Source: Candidatus Nanopelagicales bacterium
Lineage (GTDB): Bacteria > Actinomycetota > Actinomycetes > S36-B12 > CAIYMF01
Direction of reading: 5' to 3'
NCBI GenBank assembly: GCA_017882705.1
Contig: JADGOZ010000067.1
Span: 12,295 to 76,294 of the forward strand
DNA: 64,000 nt
The translations under genes and the position numbers were made by a program. Below the pieces are notes generated by a model, which saw only the letters and a program-made list of their open reading frames with translations, did not search any database and had not been told where the DNA came from. Shown here piece by piece: positions 12,516 to 26,711 of this stretch. Numbering within the stretch: the stretch's first letter is position 1; every line of letters starts with the position of its first letter.

Positions 12516-13058
12516 TTACCTCTCGTCGTCCCCGAGCGACAGCTGCCAGCGCCACAAGGGGCCGTCCTCGGGATCGATGACGTGCTCGGGGAGGCGGGTG
12601 AAGCCGGCGCGCTCGACCACGCGCTGCGACGCGAGGTTGTCCGTCGCCGTCATCGCCACGATGGTGGTGGCGCCGTGCTCCGCGGCCCATCCGGCCACGG
12701 CGCGCAGCGCCTCGGTCGCGAGGCCCCGCCCCCGTGCCGACTCCGCGAGCCCGTAGCCCACCTCGACCTCACCGCGCTCGGGCGGGTGGATGAAGCCGAT
12801 CCCGCCGACGGCCTCGCCGGTCTCGGCGAGCAGGACCTGGTAGACGCCGAAGTGACCGGACTCGTCGTAGTGCTCCCCGGCCTCGACGGCGATCCCGGCG
12901 ACGACGAGGTCGCCCTCGCTCGGGTAGTCGGCGGCCCACCGTCGACCGTGGCGGTCCAGAGCGGCCACGGCGCGCGCTTCGTCGAGAGTCAGGCGTCGTA
13001 GCACCAGCCGTTCGGTCCGGATCGTCGTCGCCGGCTCCGTCACGGAGGGCTCCGTCAC
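12516..13058 (-). CDS. GNAT family N-acetyltransferase (RimJ/RimL-like)
   Basis: TERLVLRRLTLDEA ... VEVGYGLAESARGRGLATEALRAVAGWA ... NLASQRVVERAGF is the typical acetyl-CoA binding core. The start is uncertain: GTG 13058 (GTGA overlap with the upstream stop) or GTG 13043. Confidence 0.8.
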   Translation of the reverse strand: MTEPSVTEPATTIRTERLVLRRLTLDEARAVAALDRHGRRWAADYPSEGDLVVAGIAVEAGEHYDESGHFGVYQVLLAETGEAVGGIGFIHPPERGEVEVGYGLAESARGRGLATEALRAVAGWAAEHGATTIVAMTATDNLASQRVVERAGFTRLPEHVIDPEDGPLWRWQLSLGDDER

Positions 13059-13591
13059 GGAAGGACGCCGACGTGCGCCATCGCGAGGCGCAGCAGCCGG
13101 TCCTGTCCCCCGGTCATCTCGAGCGCCACGGCGTCGCTCGTCGCATCCTCGGGAGTCATCCACTGGAGGTCGAGCGCGTCCGTCGACGGCACGCAGTCAC
13201 CGCTCACGGGCACGACGTAGGCCAGCGACACCGCGTGCTGACGCGGGTCGTGGAACCCGGACGCCTCAGGGTCGGGGAAGTACTCCACGACCGTGAACGG
13301 CTGCGGCGACGCCGGTACCCGCGGGAGCGCCATCGGGCCGAGATCCTTCTCGAGGTGGCGCATCAGGGCGTCGCGGATCCGCTCGCCGTAGAGGACGCGA
13401 CCGGAGACCGGGGCGCGGCTGATGCTGCCGTCGGGCATGGCCCGCAGCAGGAGGCCGACCGAGACGACCACGCCGCGCTCGTCGACGCGCACCGGCACGG
13501 CATCGACGTAGACGAGCGGCACCCGCTCACGCGCCTGCTCGAGGTCCTCGCGGGACAGCCACCCGGTCCGTGCGTCCGTCAACTCGTTCAC
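13055..13591 (-). CDS. DUF4916 / NUDIX-fold-like protein
   Basis: The sequence (WLSREDLEQARERVPLVYVDAVPVRVDERG ... SGRVLYGERIRDALMRHLEKDLGP ... FHDPRQHAVSLAYVV) matches my recollection of actinobacterial DUF4916. The start is set at GTG 13591 to avoid overlap with the divergent gene at 13725. Confidence 0.62.
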   Translation of the reverse strand: MNELTDARTGWLSREDLEQARERVPLVYVDAVPVRVDERGVVVSVGLLLRAMPDGSISRAPVSGRVLYGERIRDALMRHLEKDLGPMALPRVPASPQPFTVVEYFPDPEASGFHDPRQHAVSLAYVVPVSGDCVPSTDALDLQWMTPEDATSDAVALEMTGGQDRLLRLAMAHVGVLP

Positions 13592-13724
13592 CCGGCCACG
13601 GTACGGCGTCGGGAGTCCGTGGAGAGGCCTTGCGGGGACCTCCACGACCGTGTCCGACGTGGTGTGGGCCACGCCACGGACCCCGGTCGACCGGTGAACG
13701 GGAGGTGACCGGCAGGATTCACCC

Positions 13725-14123
13725 ATGCGCCTGTCCCTGCGAGCCGTCGGCTCGGCCGACCTCGAGCTGGTCTGGCAGCGCTACTCCGTGCCGGAGCTGT
13801 GGACCACGTGGGCCCCGCAGATCCGTCGCGTCGAGGTCTCCGAGCCCACCCTGGCCGTCGGCGTGACCGGCACGGTCTTCGGCGTCATCCCCAACGTCGG
13901 CGCGTCCTTCGAGGTCGTGGAGTACGTCGAGGACGAGCACCGCTGGGCCTGGGACGTCGTCGCCGGCCCGGTTCACATGCATCTCGATCACCGCAGCGAG
14001 GCCCGCATCGGCGGCGGCACGAGCACCACGCTGATCGTCGACGGTCCCGTCGTAGCCGTGCTCACCTACGCCCCGGTGGCGCGGATCTCGCTCGAGAGCC
14101 TGGTCCGCAGACCCAAGTCGTGA
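13725..14123 (+). CDS. SRPBCC family protein
   Basis: 132 aa. LELVWQRYSVPELWTTWAPQIRRVE has the pattern of small SRPBCC ligand-binding proteins. Third-position GC is high. Confidence 0.6.
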   Translation: MRLSLRAVGSADLELVWQRYSVPELWTTWAPQIRRVEVSEPTLAVGVTGTVFGVIPNVGASFEVVEYVEDEHRWAWDVVAGPVHMHLDHRSEARIGGGTSTTLIVDGPVVAVLTYAPVARISLESLVRRPKS

Positions 14124-14147
14124 GCGGCGCAACCGGCTCGCCCGCAG

Positions 14148-15377
14148 ATGGTCCTGGCTGACAGCATCGCTGCCGTGAGGACCCGCCGTGCTCCGCTCCC
14201 GCGCGAGGTCCGCGTCCTCATCGTTGGGACTCTGGTCAACCGCGCCGGCACCTTCGTCCAGCCGTTCCTCGTCCTCTACCTCACCATCGAGCGCGGGTTC
14301 AGCGCCTCGCAGGCCGGCCTCGTCGTGGCCGCCGCCGGCCTCGGCGGGATGTTCAGCCAGCTGCTCGGCGGCTGGTGCAGCGACCATGTCGGCCGTCGAC
14401 CGACCCTCGTCGCCGGGCTGGTGCTCTCAGCGACCGCACTGGTGTGCCTCGGCCTGGCCCGCGGGACGGTCGCGATCATGGTGGCCGCCGCCTTCGAGGG
14501 ACTGTTCGGCGACATGTACCGCCCGGCGTCGCAGGCGCTCATCGCCGACGTCCTTCCGCCCGAGCAGCGGCCGTACGCCTTCGCCCTCACCTTCTGGGCG
14601 GTGAACCTCGGCTTCTCGATCGCTGCCGTCTCTGCAGGATTCGTCGCCGAGCACGGCTACTGGATCCTGTTCGCCGTCGACGCGTTCACGTCGCTGCTCT
14701 ACGCCGTGGTCGTCCTGGTGGGCATACGCCGTGACCCGCCACGTGTCGCGCACGAGGGCGACGGCGGCGCGCCCGGGTTCGTGACCGCGCTGCGCGACGC
14801 GACGTTCATGATGCTGGTCGGCCTGACGGTCCTCCAGGCCATCGCCTACTTCCAGTGCTTCCTCGTGCTCCCCCTCGCGATGGTCGAGGTCGGGCTCGGG
14901 CCATCGGTCTACGGCGTCGTCGCCGCGACCAACGGCATCGTGATCGTGCTGCTGCAACCGCTCGCCGCCCGGATCACCGCGCGCTACGACCCCTCGCGCC
15001 TGCTGTCCGCATCGCTGCTGCTGTGCGGGGTCGGCTTCTGGCTGATGAGCTTCGCCACGACCGCGGCCGCGTTCATCGCATGCACGATCGTGTGGACGCT
15101 CGGCGAGATCGGGTCGGCCGGACTGCTCCCCGCGATCGTGAGCGACCTCGCGGCTCCGGCCGCGCGCGGCCGCTACCTCGGCCTGTTCGGCACGTCCTTC
15201 GGGATGGCGGCGTTCCTGGCCCCGCTCGTCGGACCGCCGCTCTACCAGGCGGCCGGCGCGTCGTGGGTCTGGGTCATGTCGCTGGTGCTCTTCGCGGTCG
15301 CGGCGTCGGGCAACCTGGCGCTGCGCGGAGCGGTGCTGCGTCGCCGTGCGGCGAACCCGTCGCTCGCCCCGGCGTAG
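14148..15377 (+). CDS. MFS transporter
   Basis: 409 aa with about 12 TM segments and an MFS loop motif (GGWCSDHVGRRPTLV) between TM2 and TM3. Confidence 0.85.
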   Translation: MVLADSIAAVRTRRAPLPREVRVLIVGTLVNRAGTFVQPFLVLYLTIERGFSASQAGLVVAAAGLGGMFSQLLGGWCSDHVGRRPTLVAGLVLSATALVCLGLARGTVAIMVAAAFEGLFGDMYRPASQALIADVLPPEQRPYAFALTFWAVNLGFSIAAVSAGFVAEHGYWILFAVDAFTSLLYAVVVLVGIRRDPPRVAHEGDGGAPGFVTALRDATFMMLVGLTVLQAIAYFQCFLVLPLAMVEVGLGPSVYGVVAATNGIVIVLLQPLAARITARYDPSRLLSASLLLCGVGFWLMSFATTAAAFIACTIVWTLGEIGSAGLLPAIVSDLAAPAARGRYLGLFGTSFGMAAFLAPLVGPPLYQAAGASWVWVMSLVLFAVAASGNLALRGAVLRRRAANPSLAPA

Positions 15378-15382
15378 GTCGG

Positions 15383-15847
15383 CTAGCGGCGGTTGAGCCT
15401 GAGGGTCCAGGTGACCGTCATCGAGCCGGTGACGAGACGCTCCTCGCCCGTGCCGGTGCTCAGCTCGATCTCCACCGGGAACTCGGGGCGCTTGCCCGAC
15501 TGCAGCGTCGCGACCGCCGTGGCGGCCTCGGCGCCGAGTGTCGCCGTCGCCGTGACCGGACCCATCGCAACCTTGAGGAACCGGATGGTCGCGTCGATCG
15601 GGAACGGCGTGACGTCGGCCATGAGGTCGCCGAAGCTGACGAAGACCAGCGCTCCCGAGGCCGACTCGGCCAGCGTCCACATCGCGCCCGCGTGCGGCCC
15701 TCCGACGTGGTTGCGGTACGGGGCGTTGTCCGGCAGCAGCATCGTGCAGCGCTCGGCATCGAGGTGTTCGAAGCCGATGCCGAGGGTGGCGACCATCGGC
15801 ACCATCGCGGGGTACTGGACGCGGACGAGCTCAGGGTCGAGTGCCAT
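15383..15847 (-). CDS. hotdog-fold thioesterase (PaaI / YiiD_C-like)
   Basis: 154 aa starting at ATG 15847. NHVGGPHAGAMWTLAESASG and the C-terminal beta-sheet pattern are typical of PaaI/DUF4442 thioesterases. The upstream part of the 313-aa ORF lies antisense to the neighbouring gene. Confidence 0.68.
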   Translation of the reverse strand: MALDPELVRVQYPAMVPMVATLGIGFEHLDAERCTMLLPDNAPYRNHVGGPHAGAMWTLAESASGALVFVSFGDLMADVTPFPIDATIRFLKVAMGPVTATATLGAEAATAVATLQSGKRPEFPVEIELSTGTGEERLVTGSMTVTWTLRLNRR

Positions 15848-15877
15848 GCGGGGAGCGTACGGCGTAGCGTCCCCACC

Positions 15878-16399
15878 GTGCCCGACTCCCCCTCCCGTGA
15901 CGGATCCCGGCCGACGATCGTCGTGTTCGACATCGACGGCGTGATCGCCGACGTCCGGCACCGGCTGCACTTCGTCGAGCAGAAGCCGAAGGACTGGGAC
16001 TCGTTCTTCGCCGGGATGGAGGCAGACGGCCCGCTCGAGACAGGGATCGCCCTGGCCCGCGAGCACGCGGACGACGGTCACCGGATCGTCTACCTCACCG
16101 GGCGCAACGAGGACTACCGCGTCCTGACCCGTGACTGGCTGGTGCGGCACGGCCTGCCCGAGGGCCGCCTGGTCATGCGCCGCGCGGACGACCGTCGACC
16201 GGCACGGCTGTTCAAGCCCGCGGCGCTGCGCCGTATCGCGACCGACGGCGACGTGGTCGCGGTGGTCGACGACGACGACGCCGTCGTGGCCGTGCTCACG
16301 CGGGACGGGTGGCCGGTCGTGCACGCCACCTGGATGACCTCCGACGCCGTCGCTCAGCAGTCGCTGTTCGACGCGCAGGAGGTCGACGGACGGACGTGA
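15878..16399 (+). CDS. HAD-superfamily phosphatase (polynucleotide-kinase-3'-phosphatase-like)
   Basis: Contains the DxDG motif VVFDIDGVIADV, then YLTGR and a VVDDDD acidic motif. The start is tentatively GTG 15878, in frame with ORF 14855..16399. Confidence 0.62.
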   Translation: MPDSPSRDGSRPTIVVFDIDGVIADVRHRLHFVEQKPKDWDSFFAGMEADGPLETGIALAREHADDGHRIVYLTGRNEDYRVLTRDWLVRHGLPEGRLVMRRADDRRPARLFKPAALRRIATDGDVVAVVDDDDAVVAVLTRDGWPVVHATWMTSDAVAQQSLFDAQEVDGRT

Positions 16400-16477
16400 C
16401 GAAGGTCAGCCTTGCCGATGGGCATCACGACGACGCAGCCTGTAGACAGGACGCATCCGAGCGGCAAGGAGGTGACG

Positions 16478-18943
16478 ATGACCGGACCTGACCTCCACGA
16501 GCAGCTGCGGGCCGAGCGGGCCCAGGCACGGCTCGTGCTCGACTCGCTGCTCGACCCGCACGTCATCCTCGAGACCGTCCGGGTCGACGGCCGCATCGTC
16601 GACTTCGTCTACGCCGCCGCGAACGAGGCCGCGTGCCTCTACAACGGCATGAGCCAGTCCGAGCTCATCGGCAGCCGCCTGCTCAGCCTGCTGCCCGGTC
16701 ACGACGAGGCGGGGCTGATCGACGCCTACGCCCGCGTGATCGAGACCGGCGAGCCGCTGCTCATCGACGACCTGCCCTACCAGCCCGCGATCGAGGCCAC
16801 GGCCGGATGGTTCGACGTCCGAGCGGTGAAGATCGGCGACAGCATCTCCTACACCTGGCGCGACGTCTCCGAGCGGCACCGTGCGCAGGAAGCCGTCGCC
16901 ACGTCGGAGCGCCGCTACCGGCTGCTCGCCGAGAACGTCTCGGACACGGTCATGCACTCCGACGGCGGACTCATCCTGTGGGTCTCCCCCGCGCTCACGG
17001 CGACCCTCGGCTGGCAGCCCGAGGACTGGATCGGCCACGACTTCACCGAGTTCGCCCACCCCGACGCGATCGCCCGGCTCGCGGAGATGCAACGGGCCCG
17101 AGCGGAAGGGCAGGCGACGGTCACGCGCCTGCGCGCACTCGCCGTCGACGGCACCTACCACTGGGTCGAGACCCACGCGAAGCCCTACCTCGACGACGAG
17201 GCCCAGCAGATCGGCTCGGTGACCTCCTTCCGTCTCGTCGACACCGAGGTGGCGGCCGAGCAGGCGATCCGGGAGAGCGAGGCGCGCTACCGGCTGCTCG
17301 CCGAGAACGGCAGCGACGTCGTCTACCAGCTCGACTCCGGCGGCCTCTTCACCTGGGTCTCCCCGGCCGTGACCGAGGCCCTCGGCTGGCTGCCGGCGGA
17401 CCTCGTCGGCAGGCCGCCGATCGACCTGCTCCACCCCGAGGACCGCGACCAGGTCTATCGGCAGCGACAGGCGTTCCTCGAGGGCCAGGTTCTCCCGACC
17501 CTGTCCTTGCGCTACCGGAACGTCGGCGGCGAGTACCGCTGGATGTCGACGCGGACGAGGCCGCTGCACGACGACCGGGGCGCCATGGTGGGCGCCGTGG
17601 TCGGCCTGCGCGACGTGACGGCCGAGCGCGCGGCGCAGGACGAGCTCGCGTACCGCGCGTTCCACGACCCGCTCACCGGGCTGCACAACCGGGCCTGGGT
17701 GCTCGACATGCTCGACGCCGACCTGCGCGCCGCCGAGCGTCGCGGCGCCAGGCTCGGGGTGATGTTCATCGACCTCGACAACTTCAAGGTCGTCAACGAC
17801 TCGCTCGGCCACATCGCCGGCGACGACGTGCTCGCCACCATCGCCCAGCGGGTGTCCGCCGTGCTGCGGCCCGACGACCGCATCGGCCGGTTCGGTGGCG
17901 ACGAGTTCGTGGTCGTCGTGCCCGACGTCGCCGAGGCGCACGAGCTCGAGGTCATCGCCGAGCGGCTCAGCTCCGCCATCGCGCTGGAGATGACGGTCGA
18001 CCAGCACCGGATCGTGCCGACGGCGTCGATCGGCATCGCCGTGTCGACGCCCGCATCGACGTCCGAGAGCCTGCTGCGCGACACCGACTCGGCGCTGTTC
18101 CGGGCCAAGGGCGCAGGTCGTGCGCGCTGGCACTTCTTCGACGAGGAGATGCACGCTCAGGCCGTGTCGCGGCTCACGATCGAGGACGAGCTCCGGAGGG
18201 CGATCGACGAGCACCAGTTCGTCGTGCACTACCAGCCGATCGTCCGGCTCTCCGACACCGCCGTGGTCGGCCACGAAGCCCTCGTGCGCTGGAACCACCC
18301 GACTCGTGGCCTGCTCCATCCCGGGGACTTCCTGTCCGTCGCGGAGGACTCCGGCCTCATCGTCGACCTCGGGCACCAGGTGCTGCAGCAGGTGTGCGAG
18401 CTCATCGCCACGAATCCGGACCTCCCTGGACCGATCAGCGTCAACAAGTCGCCGCTGCAGATCGCCCGGCCGGGCTGGCGGGACCTGTTCGTCGACGTCC
18501 TCCAGCGCCACTCGGTCGACCCGTCGAGGATCGTCATCGAGCTCACCGAGACCGCGGTGCTGGACGTGCTCGAGCTCACGCGCGACGACCTGCTGCACGT
18601 CCGCGACCTCGGGGTCGGCATCCACATGGACGACTTCGGCACCGGCTTCTCCTCGATCAGCCTGCTCCGCGACCTCCCCGTCACGGGCATCAAGCTCGAC
18701 CGCTCGTTCACGTCGCTCCTCACCGTGGAGGACAGCCCGCCCAACGTGCTCGCCGCCGGCCTTGCCGGACTGGCGGAGGGCCTGCACCTGCAGAGCATCG
18801 CCGAGGGTGTGGAGACCGAGGAGCAGGCCGTGATCCTGCTCGCCCAGGGCTGGACCCACGGGCAGGGCTGGCTCTACGGCCGACCGGAGCCGGTGCCGGC
18901 CCGGGCGTCGCTCCCCGAGCTCGCGCGAGCGTCCGCGGGCTGA
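16478..18943 (+). CDS. PAS-PAS-GGDEF-EAL signalling protein (diguanylate cyclase/phosphodiesterase)
   Basis: Repeated PAS segments (YRLLAENVSD / YRLLAENGSD), an intact GGDEF motif (RFGGDEFVVV) and an EAL motif (GHEALVRW ... DDFGTGFSS). The ATG at 16478 is preceded by AAGGAGG at 5-nt spacing. Confidence 0.9.
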   Translation: MTGPDLHEQLRAERAQARLVLDSLLDPHVILETVRVDGRIVDFVYAAANEAACLYNGMSQSELIGSRLLSLLPGHDEAGLIDAYARVIETGEPLLIDDLPYQPAIEATAGWFDVRAVKIGDSISYTWRDVSERHRAQEAVATSERRYRLLAENVSDTVMHSDGGLILWVSPALTATLGWQPEDWIGHDFTEFAHPDAIARLAEMQRARAEGQATVTRLRALAVDGTYHWVETHAKPYLDDEAQQIGSVTSFRLVDTEVAAEQAIRESEARYRLLAENGSDVVYQLDSGGLFTWVSPAVTEALGWLPADLVGRPPIDLLHPEDRDQVYRQRQAFLEGQVLPTLSLRYRNVGGEYRWMSTRTRPLHDDRGAMVGAVVGLRDVTAERAAQDELAYRAFHDPLTGLHNRAWVLDMLDADLRAAERRGARLGVMFIDLDNFKVVNDSLGHIAGDDVLATIAQRVSAVLRPDDRIGRFGGDEFVVVVPDVAEAHELEVIAERLSSAIALEMTVDQHRIVPTASIGIAVSTPASTSESLLRDTDSALFRAKGAGRARWHFFDEEMHAQAVSRLTIEDELRRAIDEHQFVVHYQPIVRLSDTAVVGHEALVRWNHPTRGLLHPGDFLSVAEDSGLIVDLGHQVLQQVCELIATNPDLPGPISVNKSPLQIARPGWRDLFVDVLQRHSVDPSRIVIELTETAVLDVLELTRDDLLHVRDLGVGIHMDDFGTGFSSISLLRDLPVTGIKLDRSFTSLLTVEDSPPNVLAAGLAGLAEGLHLQSIAEGVETEEQAVILLAQGWTHGQGWLYGRPEPVPARASLPELARASAG

Positions 18944-19059
18944 CCCGCCGGAGGACTTGCGCGAAACTTGAGGCGCAGACGGGCGATCTGGGTAGGCGCT
19001 TCGCTGCCGGATGGCGTTTCCTGAGGTGGAAGAGCATTCGCTGAGCCCGGGGAGCAGTC

Positions 19060-19557
19060 ATGGCAAGGACCGGTCGCGTTCGCGCCCGCCGGGCCGACGG
19101 TCCTCCGCGCTCACGTCGACCGCTCGCCATCGGGGCCGGGATGGTCGCCTGGCTCGCGGCCGGAGTGCTCGCCGCGTCGCCCGCGTTCGCCAGCGCTGCC
19201 ACCGGCGCCAGTGCGTCGATCGCCTTCTCCGGCAGCGGTACGTCGATGACGGTATCGACGAGCGTGAAGTACACCGCGTCCTACGCCGGGATCTACACCG
19301 TCTCCTACAACATCTACCGCAGCACGTCGGCGGCGAAGGCGAGCGCGGTGAAGGTGACCGTCAACTCCCTGGTCAAGAGCATCTCCTCGACCAAGGGCAC
19401 GACGTACACCTTCGGCACCAACGTGCAGAAGTGCGCGGCCGGCACGACCACCTACTACTACTGGGTGCAGGGCACCGTCAGCGACGGGACCGTCGCCGGG
19501 CTCGTGCGCGTCACGAGCCCGGTGTCCGCGGGCGTCAAGGGCTGCACGAGCATCTGA
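19060..19557 (+). CDS. small secreted protein, unknown family
   Basis: The Arg-rich n-region, hydrophobic core and AFASA cleavage-like site form a signal peptide. The mature part is Ser/Thr/Val/Tyr-rich (beta-rich) with two Cys near the C-terminus. GC content is noticeably lower than in the neighbours. Confidence 0.6.
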   Translation: MARTGRVRARRADGPPRSRRPLAIGAGMVAWLAAGVLAASPAFASAATGASASIAFSGSGTSMTVSTSVKYTASYAGIYTVSYNIYRSTSAAKASAVKVTVNSLVKSISSTKGTTYTFGTNVQKCAAGTTTYYYWVQGTVSDGTVAGLVRVTSPVSAGVKGCTSI

Positions 19558-19568
19558 GCATCCGGGCA

Positions 19569-19620
19569 CGACGAAGCGCCCTGCAGGCCGCGTCGCTGCG
19601 GCTCGCAGGGCGCTTCGTCG
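19569..19620. terminator. bidirectional intrinsic terminator hairpin between the secreted-protein gene and katG
   Basis: Perfect 16-bp inverted repeat CGACGAAGCGCCCTGC (19569-19584) / GCAGGGCGCTTCGTCG (19605-19620) with a nested GCCGC/GCGGC hairpin in the loop. It sits between convergent stops at 19557 and 19625. Confidence 0.72.
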
Positions 19621-19624
19621 TTGC

Positions 19625-22305
<2,681 letters not shown>

Positions 22306-22319
22306 CTGTCGAGTCTCTG

Positions 22320-22348
22320 CCCTTTTCTGGAATCAGTCAAGAGAAGGG
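22320..22348 (-). promoter_or_regulatory. AT-rich inverted repeat overlapping a -35-like TTGACT upstream of furA (candidate FurA operator/promoter)
   Basis: The minus strand reads CCCTTCTCTTGACTGATTCCAGAAAAGGG, with arms CCCTTCTC/GAAAAGGG matching 7 of 8. After TTGACT come 17 nt, then GAGACT, then 6 nt, then the furA GTG, which suggests a leaderless mRNA. From memory it resembles the mycobacterial FurA box. Confidence 0.45.
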
Positions 22349-22358
22349 CCGGGCGTTC

Positions 22359-23621
22359 TCAGACCGCCTCGACGTGCGCCAGGAGCCGCGCCGCGGTCGC
22401 GCGCAGATCGGTGGAGACCCGGGCGAGCGTGTCCTCGCCCTGCTCCGGGTGCTGCCCCGCGGCGAAGTCGGCGAGGTCCTCGAGCCGCTCGGCGAAGCGG
22501 ATCCACGCCGCACGGCGGTGCGGGAGCAGGAAGCTCGCGCGGTACGGCAGCTGGAAGTTGGCTCCCGCGGTGGCGCCCGGGTGCTCGGGGCCCACCGGCA
22601 GTGTCGCGAGCAGCAGTCCGAGCGGCTTGATGGCGGTGAACATGAGGTCGACTGCGGAGTTGGCGAGCACCGCGCGCTCCTCCGCCGTCTCGTGACCGAA
22701 GGCGAAGTAGCGCGCGATCATCTGCAGCAGCAGCTCGTAGACCGCGTTGAACAGGTCCGAGCACGCGCCCGTCGCCGGATCCGTGATGAAAACGGGCGGC
22801 TCGATACCCTCCACCGCTCGCATGCCGGCGCCGACGCAGGGATGGACCGGGTCGAAGTCCGGGTCCTCGGCGCGCAGGGCCAGGTACTCGTCGCGCACCG
22901 ACAGGAAGCGGCCGAAGTGGGCGTCCTCCCAGTCGCCGGTCGCACCCTCGCCCTGCTCCACGATGCGCTCGATCGCCGCTTCGGCCTGCGCGAGGTTCGT
23001 GATGGCGCCGAGCGTCGGCCAGCCGAAGGACGACTCCTCGGCCTGGTGGACCGCCGGGCCGATGAACAGCCGTTCCTCCCCCATCTTCTCCGCGAGGTGC
23101 GCGAGACCGCGGGCGCAGGACCGGTAGAGGTGACCGACGGTCGCGAACTCCTGGCCCCGCGGCACGATCTCGTCGGCTCGCATCGGCGCGAGCGGGTCAC
23201 CGACCGGCTCGAACCCCTCACCGTCGGCGCTCTCGACGTCCTGCGGGCGCTCGAGGTAGATGAAGTGCTGCAGGGACCGCTCGCTGAAGGGCAGCAGGCT
23301 CAGCTGCACGCCCGGCGGGTAGCCCTGAGCCTGGTGCGGCAGGTGCGGTCGGCTCACGAACGGCGCCGACCCGACGGCGGCGAGCAGGTTCTGCACCACC
23401 GCCCAGTGCAGCATCTCCTCGCCGGCGATCTTGAGGATCACCGTGCGCCAGCGTTCGACTCGCTCGACCTGCTCCGGGGTGAGCCCGTCGGCCGCGCTCT
23501 TGAGGCTGAACGCGGCGTACAGGTACTGGCACATGAGCGCGTGCTCGAGCTCGGCGCCCTGCGAGAGCAGGTACGTCAGCTCCTTGCGGTTCTCGACGGT
23601 GATGTCCGGCTCGGCTGCCAC
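22359..23621 (-). CDS. ferritin-like domain-containing protein (VioB-N-terminal-like)
   Basis: 420 aa. The N-terminal LSQGAELEHALMCQYLYAAFSLK ... IAGEEMLHWAVVQNLL has the ExxH four-helix-bundle pattern of the Ferritin-like family. GTG start at 23621. Confidence 0.72.
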   Translation of the reverse strand: MAAEPDITVENRKELTYLLSQGAELEHALMCQYLYAAFSLKSAADGLTPEQVERVERWRTVILKIAGEEMLHWAVVQNLLAAVGSAPFVSRPHLPHQAQGYPPGVQLSLLPFSERSLQHFIYLERPQDVESADGEGFEPVGDPLAPMRADEIVPRGQEFATVGHLYRSCARGLAHLAEKMGEERLFIGPAVHQAEESSFGWPTLGAITNLAQAEAAIERIVEQGEGATGDWEDAHFGRFLSVRDEYLALRAEDPDFDPVHPCVGAGMRAVEGIEPPVFITDPATGACSDLFNAVYELLLQMIARYFAFGHETAEERAVLANSAVDLMFTAIKPLGLLLATLPVGPEHPGATAGANFQLPYRASFLLPHRRAAWIRFAERLEDLADFAAGQHPEQGEDTLARVSTDLRATAARLLAHVEAV

Positions 23622-23774
23622 GCAGCGGAATCTAACGGAATGCGCCTCACCACGGTGGCCTTACCGGAGACCAGTTCGCACGTGGGGACACCGCCGGGGG
23701 GCGCTCCCCTGCCTGGATCGCCGGAAACCGTTGTGATCCGCGAGGATTCGGGCAGGGAAGCGGCGCCACGGCGC

Positions 23775-26693
<2,919 letters not shown>

Positions 26694-26711
26694 GGCGCGC
26701 TCTCTCAGGAG

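Noticed and set aside
16406-18859. An 817-aa minus-strand ORF opposite the PAS-GGDEF-EAL gene. Similar long shadow ORFs occur at 1069-2940, 2986-4512, 19745-21919, 50598-52868, 53571-56897 and 55417-57465.
   Set aside because: All are antisense or out of frame relative to genes with clear family motifs. Their products are low-complexity Arg/Pro/Gly-rich sequence. No SD sequences or sensible starts are present.
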